A stretch of DNA of 23,061 bases from Nitrospinales bacterium. Lineage in GTDB: Bacteria; Nitrospinota; Nitrospinia; Nitrospinales; JAJDAT01. A program made the position numbers and the translations under genes. Of this stretch, positions 1 to 5,642 are shown one piece after another (positions within the stretch are counted from its first letter, which is position 1; every line of letters starts with the position of its first letter). The notes under the pieces were generated by a model that was not told the DNA's origin, did no database searches, and saw nothing but the letters and a program-made list of their open reading frames with translations. The stretch spans positions 1 to 23,061 of the forward strand of contig JBHHYO010000044.1 of assembly GCA_046757665.1 (NCBI GenBank), read 5' to 3'.

Positions 1-4
1 TTAG

Positions 5-1126
5 TCATAGTTTCTGCTCTCTTTTCAGCCTGGCCGATTCATATTCTTCCGGGCTGTTGACATTGGTGAAGTGGAGCCGGTCCTCCTCCCGCACTCTTAT
101 GTGCTTGAACGGAAGCTCGCTGATGATGCGCGACAGGGACAACTCGCGCCTCGACATGGCCTGAAACAGGGGGAAGATGAATTTGGGTTCGTAAATCGCA
201 AACATGGGCTCAAATCCCGGGTGGCCTTTTTTGACGTAACAGGTTCCGTATTTGAAGGGGTCGCGTTCCCGGATCAGTTGTTCAAGGTCCATGCGCGTTA
301 AAAACGGCAGGTCGCAGGCGGTGATGAACCAGGCATTCTGCGGGTAGCGGCTCATCAAGGTAGCCAACCCCCCGACGGGCCCCAGGCCGACGTGTTCGTC
401 GTCAATCCGTTCGTAATCGGCAAGCAGGGCGTTGTCCACGTCCTGTCCGGGCCGGGCGGAAAAAAATACTTTTTCGCAGAGCGGCGCCAGCAATTCCACC
501 ATGCGCCGGGCTTCCGGCTTGCCGTTGTAGGAAAGGGAAAATTTGGGTTTCCCCATGCGCCGGCTTTGGCCGCCGATGAACACCCCGCCGCAAAGCGAAG
601 AGGTGCAACTGTAAAAATGCGACTTCACAAACGCATAGATGTCTTCCACCTCATCCCGATGAAACACCGGGATTCGGGAATCCTGGACAGGCCATCCCGA
701 GAGGTTGCCCTGGTGGACTATGGCCTTGATGCCCGAGGAGTCGGCGGCAATCGGCAGTTTGCCCTTGTCATCCAAAAAGACCACTTTGTTAAATGGGGAT
801 TGTTTATACCCTTCTATGAGGATACAGTCGCACTGCTCCAGAGCGTGCGAGATGGTGACTTTCTTGAAATCGTCATCGCCGATAACGGCAAAGTGCATGG
901 GGTCGTTAATGGTAACGATCTTTGCTCCGGCCCGGGCACAACGATGGGTGTCCTTGCCTTCCCGGTCCACAACGAACCGGTGGGAGTCATGCTTGTAGTA
1001 GCCCACCCGGATTTTGTCGGCCTTGAATCGTTTGGTGAGAGCAACCAGCAAGGTGGTCTTGCCTACACCGGAATATCCCGCAAAACAGAGAAACGGGGTT
1101 TTGAAGTTTTCCCAGTAGCGATCCAT
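5..1126 (-). CDS. mobAB: Bifunctional molybdopterin-guanine dinucleotide biosynthesis protein (N-terminal MobB, C-terminal MobA guanylyltransferase)
   Basis: The N-half has the MobB P-loop GYSGVGKTT, KHDSHRF..DREGKDT and ILIEGYK. The C-half has MobA motifs GGQSRRMG.PK, GPVGGL, ACDLPF, EPMFAIY and FTNVNSPEEY. 373 aa. The stop overlaps an ATG (ATGA, 8..5) of a probable next minus-strand gene that leaves the window. Confidence 0.9.
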   Translation of the reverse strand: MDRYWENFKTPFLCFAGYSGVGKTTLLVALTKRFKADKIRVGYYKHDSHRFVVDREGKDTHRCARAGAKIVTINDPMHFAVIGDDDFKKVTISHALEQCDCILIEGYKQSPFNKVVFLDDKGKLPIAADSSGIKAIVHQGNLSGWPVQDSRIPVFHRDEVEDIYAFVKSHFYSCTSSLCGGVFIGGQSRRMGKPKFSLSYNGKPEARRMVELLAPLCEKVFFSARPGQDVDNALLADYERIDDEHVGLGPVGGLATLMSRYPQNAWFITACDLPFLTRMDLEQLIRERDPFKYGTCYVKKGHPGFEPMFAIYEPKFIFPLFQAMSRRELSLSRIISELPFKHIRVREEDRLHFTNVNSPEEYESARLKREQKL

Positions 1127-1248
1127 TTTATTCCTGATGACCGGGGGAGTTTCCGTTGGTTAAAGCCGGTTCTCGAGGTTCCGCAACGCCGTCCGCGGTT
1201 CGCGGCCCCTGGTTTTTATTGTTAACTCTTTATAAATCCAGAAGTTAA

Positions 1249-1277
1249 ATTATTTCCGATGTCGGCGGTCCTGTCAA
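1249..1277 (-). promoter_or_regulatory. Putative sigma-70 promoter for mobAB
   Basis: Minus strand reads TTGACA (1277-1272), 17 nt, AATAAT (1254-1249). Confidence 0.55.
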
Positions 1278-1364
1278 CCATTTAACTTGCGGCGCCAACG
1301 CTACTCCGCGGGCGCAACAATCCTGCAACAGATTTCTTGTCCGGTGAATATGCGGATATTTTCG

Positions 1365-1377
1365 CAACCCATTGAAA
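1365..1377 (-). promoter_or_regulatory. Putative IHF site upstream of nirK
   Basis: Minus strand TTTCAATGGGTTG matches WATCAANNNNTTR with one mismatch. It lies just upstream of a sigma-54-like element, the usual arrangement. Confidence 0.45.
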
Positions 1378-1406
1378 AACAATGATCCCAATATCCAGCC
1401 AGTCAC

Positions 1407-1423
1407 CTGGCATGGGAATTGAA
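1407..1423 (+). promoter_or_regulatory. Putative sigma-54 (-24/-12) promoter of nirK
   Basis: CTGGCATGGGAATTGAA = TGGCAY-N5-TTGAA. The GG-N10-G spacing is exact and the -12 reads GA instead of GC. It sits about 65 nt before the nirK ATG. Confidence 0.55.
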
Positions 1424-1486
1424 CATGCAGGATCGAATCGGACTTGCTTACAAATTATACCTGCAATCTTTTTTAAGGAGGCATTT

Positions 1487-2485
1487 ATGTTGAAAAAACC
1501 AGCGTACCAAGCCAGATTTATCTTGTTGACCATTGCTTGGATGATTATAGGGTGCAACGCCCTTTGGGCTGTGGAGGCGGGATTGGCGACCGCTCCCAAT
1601 GTTCCGGCGTCCATCAAGCGCGCCACGCCGGCAACGGTGGTGGTGAATTTCGCGGCCAAGGAATATGTGGGGCAATTGGAGGATGGCAAAAAATACAAAT
1701 ACTGGAGTTTTAACGGCACGGTTCCCGGCCCCATGATTCGGGTTCGAGTCGGTGATACCGTGGAATTTCATTTGGCCAATCCCAAAGACAATACATGGCC
1801 TCACAATATCGACATTCACGCGGTCAATGGGCCCGGCGGAGGCGCGGCGGTCAACCAGGTCAACCCCGGGGAACAATCCGTTTTCACTTTCAAGACGCTG
1901 AAACCCGGCCTGTTCATTTACCATTGCGCCGCCCCGGCGCCCAGCATCCCGCATCACATCGCCAACGGCATGTACGGCTTGATCCTTGTGGAGCCGGAAA
2001 AGGGATTGCCCAAGGCGGACAAGGAATTTTATGTGTTTCAAAGCGAGTTTTTTACGAAATCATCGGGGCAAGGCGACCTGTTGGAACTTGACTTTGAAAA
2101 AGGATTGGCCGAGCACCCCGATTACGTTGTATTTAACGGTAGCAAGGGCGCTTTGATGGGAGACAACGCCATCAAAGCCACTGCGGGAGACACGGTGCGA
2201 ATCTTTTTTGGCAACATTGGGCCCAACAGCGCTTCTTCGTTTCATGTCATCGGAGAAATTTTCGACAAGGTTTATGTGGAAGGCGCCATCGGCGGGGCGG
2301 TCAATCGGAACGTTCAAACCACCCTGGTTCCCGCCGCGGGCTCCGCGATTGTGGAGTTTAAAGTCGACATGCCGGGAAATTATATTTTGGTTGACCACAG
2401 CATTTTCCGGGTGGCCAAGGGCGCCATCGGCATTCTGGCCGCCACGGGCAAGGACAATCCCTCCATTTTCAAAAAAGGCAAATAA
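1487..2485 (+). CDS. nirK: Copper-containing nitrite reductase (AniA/NirK type), exported
   Basis: Copper-ligand motifs HNIDIH, YHC, HIANGMYG, SSFHVIGEIFD and LVDH are all present. The start is re-assigned to ATG 1487 (RBS AAGGAG at 1475-1480), which is followed by a Sec-type signal peptide. 332 aa. Confidence 0.95.
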   Translation: MLKKPAYQARFILLTIAWMIIGCNALWAVEAGLATAPNVPASIKRATPATVVVNFAAKEYVGQLEDGKKYKYWSFNGTVPGPMIRVRVGDTVEFHLANPKDNTWPHNIDIHAVNGPGGGAAVNQVNPGEQSVFTFKTLKPGLFIYHCAAPAPSIPHHIANGMYGLILVEPEKGLPKADKEFYVFQSEFFTKSSGQGDLLELDFEKGLAEHPDYVVFNGSKGALMGDNAIKATAGDTVRIFFGNIGPNSASSFHVIGEIFDKVYVEGAIGGAVNRNVQTTLVPAAGSAIVEFKVDMPGNYILVDHSIFRVAKGAIGILAATGKDNPSIFKKGK

Positions 2486-2531
2486 CCGGTCGCGTGAACA
2501 TCCCGTCACCGACGCATTTGCTTTCTGATTG

Positions 2532-2563
2532 AGGCGCCCGTTTCACACCGGGCGCCTTTTTTT
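2532..2563 (+). terminator. Rho-independent terminator after nirK
   Basis: AGGCGCCCG-loop-CGGGCGCCT stem followed by a T tract. Confidence 0.85.
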
Positions 2564-2706
2564 GCCTGTCAAGTTTTCTCATGGCGGATGAATGGACCGG
2601 CATTTTAATCCCGGCCGCGGTGTTATCCGCAACGATCCTGTTCACCAAAGGCCTCGAGCGGCGCAACCCCGCGAATCGACAAGTTTTCCAAAGAGTTATT
2701 TTAGAC

Positions 2707-2735
2707 TTGCGGAAATTTTTATTTTATTCTACTAT
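2707..2735 (+). promoter_or_regulatory. Putative sigma-70 promoter for the beta-barrel gene
   Basis: TTGCGG-17 nt-TACTAT in an AT-rich patch. An overlapping TAGACT-17-TATTCT is also possible. Confidence 0.4.
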
Positions 2736-2989
2736 TCGGATGCTTTTTTGGTTCATCAAGCGGAAAAGGCGCTCATGTGCCGTCTTTGCGCAGTACCCAA
2801 TGGCGCTTCTCGATAGTAAAACCTTGCGATGAGGCGCCGCTTCGTGGATAACCTGCCCGGCAGGCGACAGATAAAACAATTCAGTTGGAAGACCGTAGAT
2901 CAGGGAGTTTTAAATAGCAGAAATTTTCAAGTTCAACGGATAGGTTCAACTGATTTTTTAGCCATCCACATCTTGAGGGAGAGCAGACG

Positions 2990-3898
2990 ATGAATCAAAG
3001 AAAAGCGGTTTATGCAGTTGTTCTTGCCGTAGTGCTGGCGCTGATAGCGCCGGGGCCGGCGCTCGGTTTTAAGTTTGATCTTCACGGTTCGCTGGGCAAG
3101 GGGAAGAAGGAAGAATATATTGCCCCGATGGCCAATCCTCTCTTTAATGAGACGCCCTATATCACAACCGAAGCCAGGATCATCTATCTTTACCACAAAA
3201 TTCCGAACACCTTTTTGACGGGCGGCGGCCGGATTCAGGTGTGGGCGGTCCAGGCCCGCGTGGCTATCACGGAGCGGCTGGGGTTCATCGCCACCAAGGA
3301 CGGAGCCGTGGATGCCGATTTCACGAATGCGCTCAACGACACCGAAGGCGCGGAAAATATCACGTTTGGCTTCAAATACGCCCTGCTGAACCAGCCCAAA
3401 AAAAGCAAGATGATCACCGCGGGCTTGCGATTTGAAGTCCCCACCGGCTCCCTGCAAACTTCCGGCATTCGCCTGCAAGGCGATGGTTCCGGCTTCGTGG
3501 ATCTGTTTGTCACCGGCACCACCGAAATTCTGGACGACTTGAACCTGCAAGGCAGTTTTGGCAGTAACCTCGCCCTGGACGGCGCCCATGACAGCTCCTT
3601 CGTCCACTACTCCCTGCATCTGGATTACGAGTTGCCCTATGAACTTTTCCCCATGATCGAAATCAACGGGTTTAGCACAATAGACAGCGGCACGCGGCTC
3701 CCCGGCGTCGATTTCGAGGGAGTCGACCTGGTCAATTTCGGTAGCACCAAATCCGGAACAGTTGCCACGTTAAACACCGGATTGACATACCGGTTCAACG
3801 ACCATGTCCAGATCGGCGGCGGCTATGAGTTTCCCTTCTCCAGCCGCAAGGACTTGTTCCAATGGCGTGTCAACTCGCATGTCATAATTTCCTTTTAA
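2990..3898 (+). CDS. Uncharacterised outer-membrane beta-barrel / putative channel
   Basis: Signal peptide ending ALG, amphipathic beta-strand pattern (ITFGFKYAL, ITAGLRFEVPTG, LNTGLTYRF, VQIGGGYEFP) and a C-terminal Phe. RBS GAGGGAG upstream. 302 aa. Confidence 0.7.
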   Translation: MNQRKAVYAVVLAVVLALIAPGPALGFKFDLHGSLGKGKKEEYIAPMANPLFNETPYITTEARIIYLYHKIPNTFLTGGGRIQVWAVQARVAITERLGFIATKDGAVDADFTNALNDTEGAENITFGFKYALLNQPKKSKMITAGLRFEVPTGSLQTSGIRLQGDGSGFVDLFVTGTTEILDDLNLQGSFGSNLALDGAHDSSFVHYSLHLDYELPYELFPMIEINGFSTIDSGTRLPGVDFEGVDLVNFGSTKSGTVATLNTGLTYRFNDHVQIGGGYEFPFSSRKDLFQWRVNSHVIISF

Positions 3899-3929
3899 AC
3901 GACCGTTTCCCGCTTTTCCGAGTCTGCAT

Positions 3930-3966
3930 AAAAAAGGCGCCGGGCAAATCCCCGGCGCCTTTTTTT
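3930..3966. terminator. Bidirectional rho-independent terminator between convergent genes
   Basis: AAAAAAGGCGCCGGG-CAAATC-CCCGGCGCCTTTTTTT: a perfect stem flanked by A and T tracts. Confidence 0.9.
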
Positions 3967-4008
3967 ATCCGATTTCCCTGAAACGGCGTCGCTGGGTGGG
4001 ATACGGTT

Positions 4009-5328
4009 TTATTCCGTTATATTGAATTGTCTCATCTTTCTCCAGAGAGTGATCCTGTGCACGCCAAGCAGGCGAGCGGCGAGGGTTTTATTGTTTTCCG
4101 CCCGTTTCAAGGCCTCCAACACCTTTTCCCGGCAAAGGGCTTTGACAAACGGCCGGGTCCGCCCGCCTTGCGGGGCCACAGACAAATACATCGGGAGGTC
4201 TTCGATCCCAATGGTATTTCCGGCGCATTTTACACAGGCGTGTTCGACGGCGTTTTCAAGCTCCCTCACATTGCCCGGCCAGTCAAAATCCATTAACACA
4301 CGCAGGGCGGAGGGGGATACCCGAGCCACTTTTTTGCGCCCCAGTCCCTTCCAGTTCTTGATGAAATGTTGAACGAGATAAGGGATATCCTCTTTCCTCT
4401 CTCTCAGGGACGGCAGATGGATGGGGATGACGTTTAGCCGGTAGTACAGGTCCTGGCGAAACCTGCCTTCCTCGACCTCCTTCAACAGGTTTTTGTTGGT
4501 CGCGGCGATCAAGCGGATATCCACCTTGCGGGTGAAATTTTCTCCTACCCGTTCTATTTCCCGTTCCTGAATAACACGCAGGAGTTTGATTTGAATATTG
4601 ATGCTCAAATCGCCGACCTCATCCAGAAAGAGCGTTCCGCCGCGGCACGCCTCGAAGCGTCCGATCCGGTCCCGCACCGCCCCCGTGAAAGCGCCCTTGG
4701 TATGACCGAACAATTCGCTTTCCAGCAAATTATCGGAAAAGGTGGAACCGTTGACTTTCATCAGTTTTTTGCCGGCGCGCGGGCTCTCGTTGTGGATGGC
4801 TCCGGCCACCAGCTCCTTGCCGGTGCCGCTTTCGCCCTGGAGGAGTACGGTGGAATCGAACAGAGCAATGTTTTGAATCGTGCAAAACAATGCCTGCATC
4901 GCTCGTCCCCAGCCGATCATGTTTTGAAATGAATGGGTCTTCTTGAGTTCTTGTTTCAGACGGCTCATTTCGGTGATATCCGTCAGAGCAACTAGAACCC
5001 GCAGTTGGCCGTTGTTGTTTTTCCACAGTTGGCCGGCATTGAATTGTCCCAACCTTCTGCCGCCGTTCTTGCGAAAAAACGACGATTGAAAACCAACGCC
5101 GCCGACCTGGTTTTTGGCCATCATACATAGTCCACAGTTGTTCAGGCAAACACTGTCGCGAAACAGGGTGACGCATTTCTTGCCAATCACCTCCTGCTTT
5201 TTAAAACCAGTGATTCGCTCAGCCGCATCGTTGAACGACTGAATTTCCATGTTTTCATCGTAGATGAAAACGGCTTCATTCAGCACATTGAGAGCGGTAT
5301 CCAAGTCTCCCCGGGCTTTCCGTGTCAT
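4009..5328 (-). CDS. Sigma-54-dependent transcriptional activator (PAS - AAA+ - Fis HTH) with a Cys-rich PAS domain
   Basis: Walker A GESGTGKE, intact GAFTGA, Walker B LFLDEVG, FRQDLYYRL, WPGNVRELEN and a C-terminal HTH NKTLAARLLGVHRITLWRK. The N-terminal PAS (FNDAAERITGF) contains CVTLFRDSVCLNNCGLC. RBS AGGAG at 5340-5336. Confidence 0.93.
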   Translation of the reverse strand: MTRKARGDLDTALNVLNEAVFIYDENMEIQSFNDAAERITGFKKQEVIGKKCVTLFRDSVCLNNCGLCMMAKNQVGGVGFQSSFFRKNGGRRLGQFNAGQLWKNNNGQLRVLVALTDITEMSRLKQELKKTHSFQNMIGWGRAMQALFCTIQNIALFDSTVLLQGESGTGKELVAGAIHNESPRAGKKLMKVNGSTFSDNLLESELFGHTKGAFTGAVRDRIGRFEACRGGTLFLDEVGDLSINIQIKLLRVIQEREIERVGENFTRKVDIRLIAATNKNLLKEVEEGRFRQDLYYRLNVIPIHLPSLRERKEDIPYLVQHFIKNWKGLGRKKVARVSPSALRVLMDFDWPGNVRELENAVEHACVKCAGNTIGIEDLPMYLSVAPQGGRTRPFVKALCREKVLEALKRAENNKTLAARLLGVHRITLWRKMRQFNITE

Positions 5329-5410
5329 AAAAAGGCTCCTGCCTTAGAAGATATGAGGTTAGCGGACAAGTCAATGCTATGAAAGGTATTTGGATTTTAA
5401 ACGAAAATAC

Positions 5411-5453
5411 GGATGTTGCAAGCGTTTTCTTGCAACGTTGCAATGCAACATCC
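5411..5453. promoter_or_regulatory. Nested palindrome array, probable enhancer (UAS) of the adjacent sigma-54 activator
   Basis: Outer inverted repeat GGATGTTGCA (5411-5420) / TGCAACATCC (5444-5453). Four GTTGCA/TGCAAC half-sites in alternating orientation. Confidence 0.65.
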
Positions 5454-5477
5454 AGGTTATCCTTAACACCAATTCAG

Positions 5478-5494
5478 TTGGCGCTTTTTTTTCT
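5478..5494 (+). promoter_or_regulatory. Possible sigma-54 (-24/-12) promoter for the small ORF
   Basis: TTGGCGC-TTTTT-TTTCT versus consensus TGGCAC-N5-TTGCW. The -24 element is good; the -12 reads TC rather than GC. Confidence 0.35.
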
Positions 5495-5549
5495 TTAGGC
5501 GTATATTTTCTTATTCAACCACCTTACATCTTTTGGGGAGGAGAGAGTC

Positions 5550-5615
5550 ATGACCATCTGTCCGATCAAGGGAATTCTCGGTGACTACAAGGAAGAAGAG
5601 GAGAAAAAACGGTAA
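5550..5615 (+). CDS. Putative 21-aa small protein MTICPIKGILGDYKEEEEKKR (absent from the ORF track)
   Basis: ATG at 5550 is preceded by the purine-rich RBS GGGGAGGAGAGAG and the TAA is at 5613-5615. It fills the gap between the regulatory array and the polA stop without overlap. Confidence 0.5.
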   Translation: MTICPIKGILGDYKEEEEKKR

Positions 5616-5642
5616 TTCCGGAATATTTCCTGGCCTGTTCGG

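Noticed and set aside
1127-1245. Moco riboswitch or ModE box upstream of mobAB
   Set aside because: The leader has GC-rich stems but I could not match the conserved Moco RNA motifs or a ModE palindrome. An Rfam scan would be needed.
1382-1486. N-terminal extensions given in the ORF track (nirK from 1382; likewise cas8e from 18436, cas7 from 20514, cas5 from 21814)
   Set aside because: Downstream ATGs have RBSs or stop/start overlaps and match the family N-termini.
2581-2832. Short ORFs 2581-2832 and 2592-2816 between nirK and the barrel gene
   Set aside because: They have no convincing RBS, run through an AT-rich promoter-like patch and show no protein-like motif.
2826-2870. Fluoride-riboswitch-like start GCGATGAGGCGCCGC
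   Set aside because: The downstream TGATG...CTAC pseudoknot segment is missing and the gene is not a crcB/eriC type.
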